Shown here: positions 34,013 to 44,545 of the stretch, piece by piece
How positions within the stretch are numbered: position 1 is the first letter of the stretch
Layout: each line of letters starts with the position of its first letter
Source: an uncultured cyanobacterium
GTDB lineage: Bacteria; Cyanobacteriota; Cyanobacteriia; CAKZMO01
Direction: 5' to 3'
Length of the DNA stretch: 64,000 nt
Assembly: GCA_963719515.1 (NCBI GenBank)
Contig: CAVRCJ010000010.1
Span: 288,001-352,000 of the forward strand
The notes under the pieces: generated by a model
What the model was told of the DNA's origin: nothing
Database searches by the model: none
What the model saw: only the letters and a program-made list of their open reading frames with translations
Translations under genes and position numbers: made by a program

Positions 34013-35143
34013 ATGGAACCTGAGGCATTGCCTTCTTGGCTTCCAAACTTGAAAGACGCCATTGATCGTGACCCGCTAGTTGTTTCTCCGGAAACTTCCC
34101 TAGCTGGTGCGATCGCCCTGGTCAGCCGGGTTCACCTCAGCGCCTGTGCAATCGCAAAAGATATCGGCGCGTCAGATTTCGATATCAAAGTGGCCCAGAC
34201 AGATTGCCTGCTCGTAGCCTGCGATGGAATTGTTCTGGGTATCTTAACAGAGCAAGATATTGTACAGCTTACCGCCCAAGCCCTAGATGCGTTTTCCGTC
34301 AGCGTGGCAGACGTCATGGTCAAGCCTGTGATCACGCTCCCCCAGCGCTCTATCCAAAGCGTATTTTCTGCTCTATTTATCTTTAGACGATTTCAAATCC
34401 ATCATCTTCCTATAGTGGATGACCATGATTGTCTAATAGGGCTTATCTCTTACGAAAGTATCTATAAAACTTTGTGCCCCGCCAATTTGCTTCGACTCCG
34501 TCGTGTCTCTGAAGTCATGACGACGACTGTGGTTTGCGCCCCACTTACTGCAACAGTTTCTTCTCTAATTCAGCTAATGGCTGACCACTCAGTGAGCTGC
34601 ATTGCCATTGTGCAGCAAGATCCTAAAGGGGTTGAACAACCCGTGGGAATTGTGACTGAGGGGGACATCATTCAATTTCAGGCGCTGCAGATTGACGCCG
34701 CTAGCACCCAGGCAAGAACCGTGATGAGCAGCCCGTTGTTTTTGCTCAGGCCTGAAGATTCGCTGTGGAGAGCCCATCAAGAGATGCAGACCCGTGGGGT
34801 CAAGCGTCTAGTGGTGTCTTGGAACTGGGGCCGAGATATCGGCCTGATTACCCAAGCCAATTTGCTGTCCGTACTCGACCCCACAGAAACCTATGAAATG
34901 ATTGAAGTTTTGCAGCAAATGCAGCAGCAGATGCAGCGCGATGAATCAGAAGCCGAGACCTCTAGCACGGCTGGCGTCCCCACCTACGATCGCCAAAAGC
35001 TACTCGACACCCTCAACGCTATGCGAGACCACATCGGCCAAATCGTAGACGATTCCACCCTGTCGGCCTATCAAATGCGATCGCAAATGGGCTCAGTTCT
35101 CGATACGCTAGAGCAGCTCTCCCGCGATATTGACGACGAGTAG
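34013..35143 (+). CDS. Multi-CBS domain protein
   Basis: Four CBS-like repeats (GILTEQD, HLPIVDD, GIVTEGD, RLVV). Confidence 0.85.
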   Translation: MEPEALPSWLPNLKDAIDRDPLVVSPETSLAGAIALVSRVHLSACAIAKDIGASDFDIKVAQTDCLLVACDGIVLGILTEQDIVQLTAQALDAFSVSVADVMVKPVITLPQRSIQSVFSALFIFRRFQIHHLPIVDDHDCLIGLISYESIYKTLCPANLLRLRRVSEVMTTTVVCAPLTATVSSLIQLMADHSVSCIAIVQQDPKGVEQPVGIVTEGDIIQFQALQIDAASTQARTVMSSPLFLLRPEDSLWRAHQEMQTRGVKRLVVSWNWGRDIGLITQANLLSVLDPTETYEMIEVLQQMQQQMQRDESEAETSSTAGVPTYDRQKLLDTLNAMRDHIGQIVDDSTLSAYQMRSQMGSVLDTLEQLSRDIDDE

Positions 35144-35172
35144 GGTACGCCACGACGTACCCCAGCCGCAGT

Positions 35173-36345
35173 CTAATATTCCGGCACCGAAGGGTCAATT
35201 TCCCGACTCCAGGCTAGAATACCGCCTTTGACGTTGGTGCCTTCGATCCCCGCATCCTTGAGGATGGACAGCGCCTTCGCCGAGCGCCCGCCCATCTTGC
35301 AGTGGGCAATCACCTTATGGCCGTTGACGATCTCTTTCACCTTGGCCACCCCGTCGCCGTTCTCAATATCCGGCAGCGGCACCAGCACCGACCCCGGAAT
35401 TTGGGCGATGTCGTACTCGTGGGGGTTACGCACGTCGAGCAGCACGTAGTCGTCTGCGCCGCTGTCGAGGACCTGCTTCAGCTCCTGCACCGACATCTCG
35501 GCGATCGCCGCCTTTTGTTCTTCTTCCATTGCTTTAGCCTGAGGAATGCCGCAAAACTGCTCGTAGTCAATCAGCTCTTCGATCACCGGGCGCTCGGGGT
35601 TAGGGCGCAGCTTCAGCTCCCGGAAGGTCATGTCGAGGGCGTTGTAGAGCATCAGCCGCCCGCTGAGGGTGTTGCCCTGGCCCAGAATAATCTTGACGGT
35701 TTCGGTGGCCTGGATAGTGCCAATGATGCCGCACAGCACCCCTAGCACCCCGCCCTCGGCGCAGGAGGGCACCAAGCCCGGCGGCGGCGGCTCGGGGTAG
35801 AGATCCCGGTAGTTGGGGCCGCCCTCGTAGTTAAACACCGTGGCCTGACCCTCGAAGCGAAATATCGATCCGTAGACGTTGGGCTTATCGAGCAGCACGC
35901 AGGCGTCGTTTACCAGGTAGCGGGTGGGGAAGTTGTCGGTGCCGTCCACAATTACGTCGTAGTCGCGCATCAGGTCCAGGGCGTTATCTGAGGAGATGCG
36001 GGTGTTGTAGAGGTCTACTTGGCAGAAGGGGTTGATTTCGAGAATGCGCTCTTTCGCGGACTCAATCTTAGGCTTACCAACGGCGGAGGTGCTGTGGATA
36101 ATCTGGCGCTGCAGGTTGGAGCGATCGACGACGTCAAAATCGACGATGCCCAGCCGACCCACGCCAGCAGCGGCGAGGTAGAGCAGCAGCGGGGAGCCAA
36201 GACCACCGGTACCAATACACAGAACGCTGGCGGCTTTAAGGCGCTTTTGGCCCTCTAGCCCCACCTCCGGCAAAATTAGGTGGCGGGAGAAGCGCTCGTA
36301 TTCTTCGCGGGAGAGCTGGACGTCGTCCAGGTTTGGATTCAGCAT
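35173..36345 (-). CDS. moeB: MoeB/MoeZ adenylyltransferase-rhodanese
   Basis: GTGGLG, SNLQRQ, DGTDNF, C-terminal rhodanese CKMGGRS. Confidence 0.95.
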   Translation of the reverse strand: MLNPNLDDVQLSREEYERFSRHLILPEVGLEGQKRLKAASVLCIGTGGLGSPLLLYLAAAGVGRLGIVDFDVVDRSNLQRQIIHSTSAVGKPKIESAKERILEINPFCQVDLYNTRISSDNALDLMRDYDVIVDGTDNFPTRYLVNDACVLLDKPNVYGSIFRFEGQATVFNYEGGPNYRDLYPEPPPPGLVPSCAEGGVLGVLCGIIGTIQATETVKIILGQGNTLSGRLMLYNALDMTFRELKLRPNPERPVIEELIDYEQFCGIPQAKAMEEEQKAAIAEMSVQELKQVLDSGADDYVLLDVRNPHEYDIAQIPGSVLVPLPDIENGDGVAKVKEIVNGHKVIAHCKMGGRSAKALSILKDAGIEGTNVKGGILAWSREIDPSVPEY

Positions 36346-36431
36346 GGCAATCTAGCTTCGATGCAATGTGCAGTGTAGGAACAAGGCCCCCTAAGGGCGC
36401 ACGTCTGACAGCGATGCTTGCTTTGAAAGCG

Positions 36432-36553
36432 TTATGGGCGAGGCGTTACAAGCAGCGCTTCAGGCTGAAATTGCCTGTCGTCATTCAAGCCTCCAGCATA
36501 AGACATCTTGAGCCGTACCGTGTTGGACGGACACAATGATATACGAATAGTGG
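36432..36553 (-). pseudogene. Displaced 3' end of the Mov34/JAMM gene (island boundary)
   Basis: Reads HYSYIIVSVQHGTAQDVLCWRL..(1-nt insertion)..DRQFQPEALLVTPRP*, aligning with 47063-47177. Confidence 0.88.
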
Positions 36554-36664
36554 AAACAGAAATGGTGCGATGGAATCTGCGCTCCGCTGCGCGATCGCAC
36601 TTTGATGACAATCATGGGTTGCGAATGGCGATGAAGCCATGCCTCCGCTACGCGATCGCTGCTC

Positions 36665-37086
36665 GTGACATACTCCCGACGCTCATTCTACGAATAGAGC
36701 GCGGGCTTCTTGGCTCGCGCACCACAAATGAATGGGTGCCGCACAAGAAAGTTTCCTGCTTCTCCTGGTCTTGTCTAGCCAAACAGCAAGCTGTATGACC
36801 CCGATTAGATCCCATCCACAGGCAATTTATTTTACGTCCAGGCAATGACCAACCCCAGACAGACTACTTTTTTGAGCTTCCTTTCTTCCAAAAACTGTGT
36901 CGCGTCACCGTTATGTTTTCTATGGGTGATATTTTTCTCGACGAACACTTTGGAGGGGTAGAAAACCTTGCAAACAGTTGATATGTATACATTCTAGCAT
37001 GAATAAGGATTGTTCGCCTTTGGCTCACGAGCCTTTCATCCCGACGCTGATGCTGCGCATACAGCGCGGGACTTCCCGTCTAAGAG
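36665..37086 (-). mobile_element. Non-autonomous IS200/IS605 derivative, family B, copy 1 (422 bp)
   Basis: Ends match 59740-61137; target TTTAA at 37087-37091; inverted near-copy of 44124-44545. Confidence 0.93.
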
Positions 37087-37125
37087 TTAAAATTACGTCA
37101 CAAGCCCTGTATGACGTAGGCTGCA

Positions 37126-37736
37126 ATGGTTCAAGCAAGTGCTCTACTGATGAGCTTTGAAGCGTTTCTGGCATGGAAGCCAGAGACGGGACGGTATGAG
37201 CTGCACGATGGAGTGGTGGTTGAGATGCAGCCGACAGGGGCGCATGAGAGAGTTGTTGGACTGCTGAATCGCAAGCTGAATGTCCTAATCGACCAGGACG
37301 ATTTGCCCTATTTTATTCCCAACACGGCGATGATTCAGCCTCTGGGCTACGAGAGTGGCTACAAGCCGGACGTCCTGATGCTGGATTCTACGGGGCTCGT
37401 AACAGGGAGCCGTTGTGGGAGCGGGAGTCGGTGGTGACGCTGGGGGAGTCGGTGGTGGTGGCGGTTGAGGTGGTTTCGACCAACTGGCCAGACGACTACG
37501 CCCGTAAGTTTGAAGACTATGAGGCGATGGGCGTTGCCAACTACTGGATCGTTGACTATTTGGGACTGGGGGGGCGGCGCTATATTGGCTCGCCGAAGCA
37601 GCCGACGATTACGGTCTGTACGCTGGTGGATGGGGTTTATCAGACGCGGCTGTTTCGTCGGGGGGATGCGGTGGTGTCTCCAAGCTTTCCTCAGTTGAAA
37701 TTGACGGCGGAGCAAGTGTTTGAGGCGGGTGAGTAA
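37126..37736 (+). pseudogene. Uma2 (DUF820) endonuclease, frameshifted near 37405
   Basis: YELHDG..YKPDV and VAVEVVSTNW..YWIVDY lie in two frames. Confidence 0.85.
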
Positions 37737-38091
37737 AAACCGGAGAATTAGGGGGACTGTACCGGAACTTGAGCAAGCTGCGTGGCGGCTGCGCCAGAAT
37801 CTTACGCCAGCGGAGGCGAGGCTATGGCGATCGCTGAGGAATCGGCAGCTTGAGGGACTACGGTTTCGCTGTCAGCATCCGGTTGGGCGGTTTATTTTGG
37901 ATTTTTATTGCCCGTCGCAGAAGCTGGTAATCGAGGTGGATGGGGGTGTGCATGATGAGCAGGCTGAGTATGATGCTGCGAGGACTGAGCAGCTTGAGGC
38001 ATATGGGTACCGGGTTCTGCGGTTTACGAATGAGGCGGTGATGGCAGATTTGAATGGGGTGTTGGAGGAGATTCGTCGGGCAGTTTTGTAA
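37729..38091 (+). CDS. DUF559 endonuclease-domain protein
   Basis: LRQNLTPAEARLW, FRCQHPVG, IEVDG..H, YRVLRFTN. Confidence 0.9.
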   Translation: MSKNRRIRGTVPELEQAAWRLRQNLTPAEARLWRSLRNRQLEGLRFRCQHPVGRFILDFYCPSQKLVIEVDGGVHDEQAEYDAARTEQLEAYGYRVLRFTNEAVMADLNGVLEEIRRAVL

Positions 38092-38303
38092 AAGGGTCTG
38101 TCGTACCGAGTGACACGTCCTGGAGGCCCCCTCCGCCCCCAATTCTGGGGGGACCAGAGAAAGGCCAAACTGATTGACGATAAAGACTTTCAAGAATTCT
38201 AATCTCGAATCCTGCTCCCCCAAATTTGGGGGCTGGGGGGCCTTCTCCGGTGGACAGATCACCAGAACAGCATTTTCCTTCAATCGTTTCAGACACAGAC
38301 CCT

Positions 38304-38476
38304 TTAGGCGGCTCGAAAATCACGACAAAGAGCGCTTGGGGAATTAGGCGCTTGAGGGTGCGAGCGTGGGCGTCGGCGTCGTTGCGTTTGCGGAAGCGGG
38401 CGACGGTAATGCGTTGGGCTTTGGGCAGCAGACGAATGATGCACCAGGGGTGGAGTTGGGTTCGGTAGTGCGACAT
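38304..38476 (-). CDS. Small basic cyanobacterial hypothetical protein (3' end uncertain)
   Basis: MSHYRTQLHPWCIIRLLP..VARFRKRNDADAH..IFEP; the frame stays open to 38024, but a stop at 38304 is one base out of frame. Confidence 0.6.
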
Positions 38477-38728
38477 GGTTTGGTTTGTTGAATGGGTATG
38501 CAACGGTAGGGGCATACGGTCGTATGCCCAGAATCTGGCGCAGGAAAATTTGCCTCCGCAGATGCAGAGGCCCAAAAAGGCGGAAGATTTGCAGCAGAAT
38601 ATGACCCCGAGTGGCGGTGCTATCGACTGCAAACAAAAAACGGTTTGTGCCTCGGAGATGAGACACTAAGGGAAAGCCGCAATCAGCTCTGTGAAGCTGT
38701 CCTGCGGGATTGTGTTTATCTTCAATAT

Positions 38729-38775
38729 GAAGTCTACTTCTAAATCAGGGCGCTGTCAAGAAGTATGCTTCTAAA
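38729..38775 (-). promoter_or_regulatory. Sigma70 promoter overlapped by two operator-like repeats
   Basis: TTGACA (38759-38754)-N17-TAGACT (38736-38731) on - strand; GAAGTnTnCTTCTAAA at 38729 and 38760. Confidence 0.7.
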
Positions 38776-38786
38776 ACTTTTTGGGT

Positions 38787-39044
38787 ATGACTGAATCTGA
38801 TAAGGAGCCAAAGCAGGACATCTCGCCGCTGAAGCGGTTGCGGCAGCAGGCGGGAATGACCCAGGCGGAGCTGGCGCGTCAAATTCCGGATAAGTCGGGG
38901 AATGGGACGCTGTCGCAGCGGGCGGTTAGTGCTTGGGAGCGGGGGGAGTATCAGCCGGAGCTGACAATTCCACAGATGAAGGCGCTGTGTCGGGCGTTGG
39001 GGGTGACGTTGGAGGAGTTGCCGGATGATATGCGGCCTGGATAG
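38787..39044 (+). CDS. XRE-family HTH regulator
   Basis: LKRLRQQAGMTQAELA..VSAWERG..LCRALGVTLEEL. Confidence 0.9.
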   Translation: MTESDKEPKQDISPLKRLRQQAGMTQAELARQIPDKSGNGTLSQRAVSAWERGEYQPELTIPQMKALCRALGVTLEELPDDMRPG

Positions 39045-39094
39045 GCGATCGCTTCTTGTTGCTTGCAGAAAAAAGCCCGACCAATGTAGGTTTT

Positions 39095-39500
39095 AGCTCG
39101 GACGGTTGAGCTCTGAGGCTAAACGGTCGGTCTTTTTACTCAAGGGATGCAGCTCAGAGCTCGGGCAATGCAGTTCTGAGCTCGAAGCGTGCAGTTCTGA
39201 ACTCGGACGGCGGAGCTCTGAGCTTGAAGCGCTTGGTGGTGCAGAAATCTCGGCCAGAGAATATTGATTCTCATAGAAAGGCTGGAAAAGCTCAGATACG
39301 TACTCTCAAACCACGCAAATACGTGGGGAATTGCCTCAATTTGCCCTGAACTGCGGAAATTGTCGTTTTCGGCGAAATCCTTTAGTACCAATGCTTTCAG
39401 GAGTTCTCTGCACCACTAAGGCTTGAAGCGTGAGACTCTGAGCTCGGGTAGTGGAGTTTTGGGCTCGGAGGATGCAGCTCGGAACTTGGATGATGGGTCT
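39095..39500. repeat. Degenerate 21-bp-period tract interrupted by a MITE
   Basis: Units like GCAGTTCTGAGCTCGAAGCGT; the - strand reads SSELHxx heptads. Confidence 0.65.
39232..39420. mobile_element. 189-bp TIR-type MITE with 10-bp target duplication
   Basis: TIR CTTGGTGGTGCAGA / TCTGCACCACTAAG (13/14); GCTTGAAGCG at 39222-39231 and 39421-39430. Confidence 0.9.
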
Positions 39501-39515
39501 TTTTACTCCATTGGG

Positions 39516-39836
39516 TCAAGTGGCGTGCTGCTCTGCCTGCGCCATGAATTCGTCTAGGAGTTGAAAGAATTTGTAGAATCCAGCTTTTTCGTCGTGGCAG
39601 GAGAGCATGAGCAGCTTCGCCCAGCTGGTGACGCTGGTGACGCCTAGCTTTTCCTGCAGCCAGGGCTGGAAGTTTTCGTAGAAGTGGTTTTCGGCTTTGC
39701 TGGGGGCTTGGCCGAGTTCGGTGCGGGCGAAGTCGTAGCCGATGGGGGATGTGGGGCGATCGCTGACGGAGGGGCGACCAATATATAGCCCTGGAGACTA
39801 TTTGATTTTGTCTAGGGTAGTGAAGAGATCTGTCAT
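39516..39836 (-). pseudogene. Conserved cyanobacterial hypothetical protein, with a nonsense codon and a frameshift
   Basis: MTDLFTTLDKIK*SPGLYIGRPSVSD..GYDFARTELG..FQPWLQEK..SWAKLL..FFQLLDEF. Confidence 0.65.
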
Positions 39837-39851
39837 TTCAGCACGCCTTTT

Positions 39852-42800
39852 TTAATCGCTGATTCCCTGAAGGGCCTTTTGCTGCTCTTCCAAAATCCAA
39901 TCCGCGTCGGGGGTGAGTTCTAAGGCGCGTTCGAAATCGGTTAGGGCCTGCTCGTAGCGTTCTGTCTGCCGATAAGCTGTGCCGCGCTTGGCGATCGCCC
40001 AGGCATAGTCATTATTTAGCTCAATAGCCCGGTCGAAGTCTGTTAGAGCTTCTTCATAGCGCACCATCAAACGGTAAGTTTCGCCGCGGCTAGCGATCGC
40101 CCAGTCATCGCTAGGGGCGAGTTCAATGGCTCGATTGAGGTCTGTCAGAGCTTCTTCATAGCGTTCTATTTTGCGGTAGGCGTCGCCACGGTTACCAATT
40201 GCGATCGCATATTGAGGGTCGATGTCGATGGCTTGGGTGTAGTCTGCAATGGCCGCGTCTAAGTCGCCCTGGTCGCTGCGAGCATTGCCGCGATTGTTGT
40301 AAGCGATCGCATATTGAGGGTCGATGTCGATGGCTTGGGTGTAGTCTGCAATGGCCGCGTCTAAGTCGCCCTGGTCGCTGCGAGCATTGCCGCGATTGTT
40401 GTAAGCGAACGCATATTGAGGGTCGAGGTCGATAGCTTGGGTGTAGTCTGCAATGGCCCCATCTAAGTCGCCCTGGGCTCTGCGAGCATTGCCGCGATTT
40501 TTATAGAAAAGCGCTTTTTGGGGCTCGAGTTCAATAGCTTGAGTAAAATCTCTAATCGCTCCTCGGCCATCGCCTTGTGCTTCGCGGGCAAGGCCACGGC
40601 TATTGTAGGCACATGGAACACATGAAGCGGGAGGTTGAATCTCGATAGCTTGAGTAAGATCCTCAATAGCCTGCTCTAGATTTCCCTCGCCAAAATGAAT
40701 CTGCCCACGAGCATAGTACCCATAGGCATTCTCGGGATCAAGGTCAATAGCCTGGCTGAAATTCTTTACTGCTTCCTCATAGCGTTCTAGCTCTTCATAA
40801 GCTTCTCCCAAATGGATATAAGCATTCACCAAACTAGGCCTAACCTCTACAGCACGAGAGTAGTCTTCAATGGCTCCTACAATATCACCTTGTGCTTTGC
40901 GGACAAGGCCACGACCAACATAAGCACATGGAACACACGGAGCAGGAGGTTGAATTTCAATAGCCTGAGTAAAATCTTCAATGGCCTGCTCTAACTTATC
41001 CTGGCCATAGTAAAGGCTAGCTCGCCAATAGTAAGCATCAGAAAATTGAGGATCAAGCTCGATAGTTCGAGTATAATCCTCAGTAGCTCCTACAATATCG
41101 TCTTGTTCAATACTGTTGCGCTCACGGCGAGCCCTGCCGCGATAATAGTAAGTAATTGCATCCAAAGGATTATAAGATATAGCACGGTCAAAATCCCCAA
41201 TTGCCGCTTGCAAGTTACCTTGATTTCTATAAACAACGCCACGTAATTTGTGAAGCTCTCCTCTTTTCTCTCTGTTCGAGGTTTTTTCGAGCTTACGCGA
41301 GTAATAGCTAATGGCATAGTCGAAATCGGCGAGCGATTTCTCTTCGTTTCCTTGACGCTCATGAATAAGGCCACGAGTAAGATATGCCTCTGGATACTCA
41401 GGCTGAAGCGCTATAGCAGAATTTACTTGTTCTAACGCAAGCGGGTAATTCTCTGAAATTAGCAGTGAGATACCTATGTAATGATAAGCGTCTGCGTCTT
41501 CAGGATAAATCTCAAGTAACGTATTACTAGCTATAGCAATAATTTCAGCTTCTTCTCTCTCTAAAACAAGGCCGGCTGATGGCAAGGGCTCTACATTTAA
41601 TGATTGGCGCGAGCCCTCAACTGCATTGGCAGTCGTTGCATTTCCTAATTGTATAGGCGTGAGCGAGTTGCCGCTAAATAAATTCCACGTTAACGTAGAA
41701 AGTGTGTTTCTCAAATTCTCTGCTGTTACTGTATTTGGCTCAATCTCAAGCGCCCGTGTATAAGATTTTACGGCTTCAAGTACGCGCCTAGAACTCAGAA
41801 AAGCATTGCCACGCCCAACATGAGCGATGTGATTATCTGAACTGATATCTATAACCGCGTCGAAGCTTTGTAGGGCAAGATCAAAATCCCCCATTTGTGT
41901 ATGAAATTCTCCTTTAGCTATTAGAGCGTGTAAATTGTCAGAGTTTTCTCTTAGAATTTTATTAAGCTGAGCGATCGCCTCTTCACGATTCCCTTGGGCA
42001 AAACTAGACACAGCAGCAGTTATCGGAAAAATATCTTCCAAATCGCGCTCTTGCTCGGCAATATTAGCTTGTAGTATATCGGCCTCTTCTTCGGCTGCTT
42101 CGACGTCACGTAAAGCCTGCTCACGATCTGTCTGTGCAATAGTCAAATCGCCCCGAGCTTCAGACAAATTTTGTCGTGCTACTTCGGCTTGCTGCTGTGC
42201 TGAAGCTTGTTCGGCCTGAGCCTGTTTCGCGTCCTGGGTAGCTTGCTGATTTTGCCGCTTTAAAGCATTGTTGGTGTTTTGTAACCCGCTATTCTCCCCG
42301 GCCAATGTCTGATTTTTAGCTTGTAGCTCGCTCTGCTCATCTTGGACACCTTTTAGCTCCCGCAAGGCATCTGATTTGTCACCCTCAGCTTGTTGAGACA
42401 CCTGTAAAGCATTTTGCTTTTCGCGCTCAGCCTGCTGTGATTCCTGCTTAGACTCCTCAGCAAGAATTCGCTGCTCCGACGCTTCACGGGAAGCCACGTC
42501 TGCCCTGTTAATAGCCCAGCCCGAAAATATAGCCAATAGGCCCAACAGGCCAACACCTGCACCTGCTGCCCTACGACTAACCTTCTGCACCTGTTCCAGT
42601 TTCTGCCGCGCGATCGCAAGCTGCCCATTCGTCTCCTCCAGCGCCAGATTCCGCGCCTCCAGCCGCTGACTCGCCGCCGCCACCGCCGCCCGTTTCTCCT
42701 CCAGCTCCCGCCGCAGTCCCAGCTTCTGGCTCTCCACCAAATACTCATAATCCTGCTTGCTCAAGCTCCGCGACTCCGCCCAGTCCAGCGCCGCCCCAAG

Positions 42801-43988
42801 CGCCGCCCCCTGCAGCAAATCCCCATCCGATCGCGTCCCCAACCAAGCCTCAATCTCCTCCCCATAGGGCCGCAAATCCCCCAGCGCCTTCGCCACCCAA
42901 CCCGCCGAAAACACTGAGCCATAGATCGGGTTATGCACGCACAGCAGCCCGCCACACTCCACCACCACACCCGCCAGCCGCAGCTCCATCTGCTGACCGC
43001 TCGCATCCGCCTCAATCTCTTCTCCTTCTAAAACCTGCCGGTACAGCCCCAGCCGTCGCCCCTCCGTCGCCTTCACCCGCTCATCCAGCAGGCGATCGCG
43101 TATCGTCCGCAAATGCTCCGGCTCGTCCTGCGCCTCCCAATTCTCAATCACCCGCTCCCGCACCAAGTTCTCCACCATCACCGCCTCATCCCCGGCAGCA
43201 ATAAACGGCAACCCCTGAACCATCCCGCAAATCTTCTGCGTCAAAAACGGTTGCCCATTTGTCCAGTGCAGCACCGCCCTCAGCACCGCCTCCGGCTGCG
43301 CCGCAAAAGGCCATAGCCCCGCCACTAGTGGCCCCGTCTCTTGCGCCTCAAACCCCCGCAGCGCGATCGCATGCCCCACGTTAAACGGCGTCCGCTGCTT
43401 ATCTTCGATTAAATCCGACGGCGTCGCCACCCCCAACAAGCAAAACGTCAGCCGCTTAAACGCCGGCTTATCCGCCCGCTGGTTATAGCAATTGCGAATA
43501 ATCGTAAAAAAGTTATCCAGAGAAAACGACAAGCTCAGCACCGTGTCGATCTCGTCAATAAACACGGCGATCGGCTGCTGCACCTCCCGCAGCACCACCA
43601 TCTCCAAAAACTCCCCCAGCCGCTGCACCGCCGGGATTTCATTCCGCTCTCGCCACCACTGGCGAAAGTTCACCCGCGCCGTCAGCCCCAGCTCTTGCGC
43701 TAGCCTACGCGTGAACCCCGCATACCACCGGTCTGGCGTAATATCCTTGCCGCCCCCCACCTGCGTCAGGTCAATGGCCGCACAGGCCACTCCCTCCGCC
43801 TTCAGCCGCCCCATCGTCTGCACCCGTAGACTAGACTTGCCCATCTGCCGCGAATTCAGCACATAGCAAAACTCCCCGGCTTTGAGGCGATCGTACAGCT
43901 CATCATCCGCCTGCCGCTTCACATAGCTGGGCGCATCCGCCGGTAAGCTGCCGCCAACTTGGTAGGTATACTGCGAGCTCTGGGACAT
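39852..43988 (-). CDS. AAA_35 P-loop NTPase-TM-coiled coil-TPR protein
   Basis: [23 protein letters not shown] Walker A, FIDEID Walker B, TM near 42510-42570, many TPRs. Confidence 0.9.
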   Translation of the reverse strand: MSQSSQYTYQVGGSLPADAPSYVKRQADDELYDRLKAGEFCYVLNSRQMGKSSLRVQTMGRLKAEGVACAAIDLTQVGGGKDITPDRWYAGFTRRLAQELGLTARVNFRQWWRERNEIPAVQRLGEFLEMVVLREVQQPIAVFIDEIDTVLSLSFSLDNFFTIIRNCYNQRADKPAFKRLTFCLLGVATPSDLIEDKQRTPFNVGHAIALRGFEAQETGPLVAGLWPFAAQPEAVLRAVLHWTNGQPFLTQKICGMVQGLPFIAAGDEAVMVENLVRERVIENWEAQDEPEHLRTIRDRLLDERVKATEGRRLGLYRQVLEGEEIEADASGQQMELRLAGVVVECGGLLCVHNPIYGSVFSAGWVAKALGDLRPYGEEIEAWLGTRSDGDLLQGAALGAALDWAESRSLSKQDYEYLVESQKLGLRRELEEKRAAVAAASQRLEARNLALEETNGQLAIARQKLEQVQKVSRRAAGAGVGLLGLLAIFSGWAINRADVASREASEQRILAEESKQESQQAEREKQNALQVSQQAEGDKSDALRELKGVQDEQSELQAKNQTLAGENSGLQNTNNALKRQNQQATQDAKQAQAEQASAQQQAEVARQNLSEARGDLTIAQTDREQALRDVEAAEEEADILQANIAEQERDLEDIFPITAAVSSFAQGNREEAIAQLNKILRENSDNLHALIAKGEFHTQMGDFDLALQSFDAVIDISSDNHIAHVGRGNAFLSSRRVLEAVKSYTRALEIEPNTVTAENLRNTLSTLTWNLFSGNSLTPIQLGNATTANAVEGSRQSLNVEPLPSAGLVLEREEAEIIAIASNTLLEIYPEDADAYHYIGISLLISENYPLALEQVNSAIALQPEYPEAYLTRGLIHERQGNEEKSLADFDYAISYYSRKLEKTSNREKRGELHKLRGVVYRNQGNLQAAIGDFDRAISYNPLDAITYYYRGRARRERNSIEQDDIVGATEDYTRTIELDPQFSDAYYWRASLYYGQDKLEQAIEDFTQAIEIQPPAPCVPCAYVGRGLVRKAQGDIVGAIEDYSRAVEVRPSLVNAYIHLGEAYEELERYEEAVKNFSQAIDLDPENAYGYYARGQIHFGEGNLEQAIEDLTQAIEIQPPASCVPCAYNSRGLAREAQGDGRGAIRDFTQAIELEPQKALFYKNRGNARRAQGDLDGAIADYTQAIDLDPQYAFAYNNRGNARSDQGDLDAAIADYTQAIDIDPQYAIAYNNRGNARSDQGDLDAAIADYTQAIDIDPQYAIAIGNRGDAYRKIERYEEALTDLNRAIELAPSDDWAIASRGETYRLMVRYEEALTDFDRAIELNNDYAWAIAKRGTAYRQTERYEQALTDFERALELTPDADWILEEQQKALQGISD
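40201..40506. repeat. 102-bp TPR-coding tandem repeat (2 apparently identical units and 1 diverged)
   Basis: 40201-40302 repeated at 40303-40404. Confidence 0.9.
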
Positions 43989-44123
43989 GGGGCCTATAAG
44001 ATAATCGCGTCAACAAAATCTGTATAGTCTCCCTTGGTAAGGGGGACGCCGAAGGCGGGGGTCAAGCAAAACTGCTATCTAGCCAGAATAGTCCAACTTT
44101 TTCTGCAGCCCCTACTTTTTTAA

Positions 44124-44545
44124 CTTTTAGACGGGAAGTCCCGCGCTGTATGCGCAGCATCAGCGTCGGGATGAAAGGCGCGTGAGCCAAAGGCGAACAA
44201 TCCTTATTCATGCTAGAATGTATACATATCAACTGTTTGCAAGGTTTTCCACCCCTCCAAAGTGTTCGTCGAGAAAAATATCACCCATAGAAAACGTAAC
44301 GGTGACGCGACACAGTTTTTGGAAGAAAGGAAGCTCAAAAAAGTAGTCTGTCTGGGGTTGGTCATTGCCTGGACGTAAAATAAATTGCCTGTGGATGGGA
44401 TCTAATCGGGGTCATACAGCTTGCTGTTTGGCTAGACAAGACCAGGAGAAGCAGGAAACTTTCTTGTGCGGTACCCATTCATTTGTGGTGCGCGAGCCAA
44501 GAAGCCCGCGCTCTATTCGTAGAATGAGCGTCGGGAGTATGTCAC
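44124..44545 (+). mobile_element. Non-autonomous IS200/IS605 derivative, family B, copy 2 (422 bp)
   Basis: TTTAA at 44119-44123, ends in TCAC; about 5 differences seen from copy 1. Confidence 0.93.

Noticed and set aside
40201..40506. Template/variable repeat pair of a diversity-generating retroelement
   Set aside because: In-frame tandem TPR duplication, no adenine-specific differences, and no reverse transcriptase in the window
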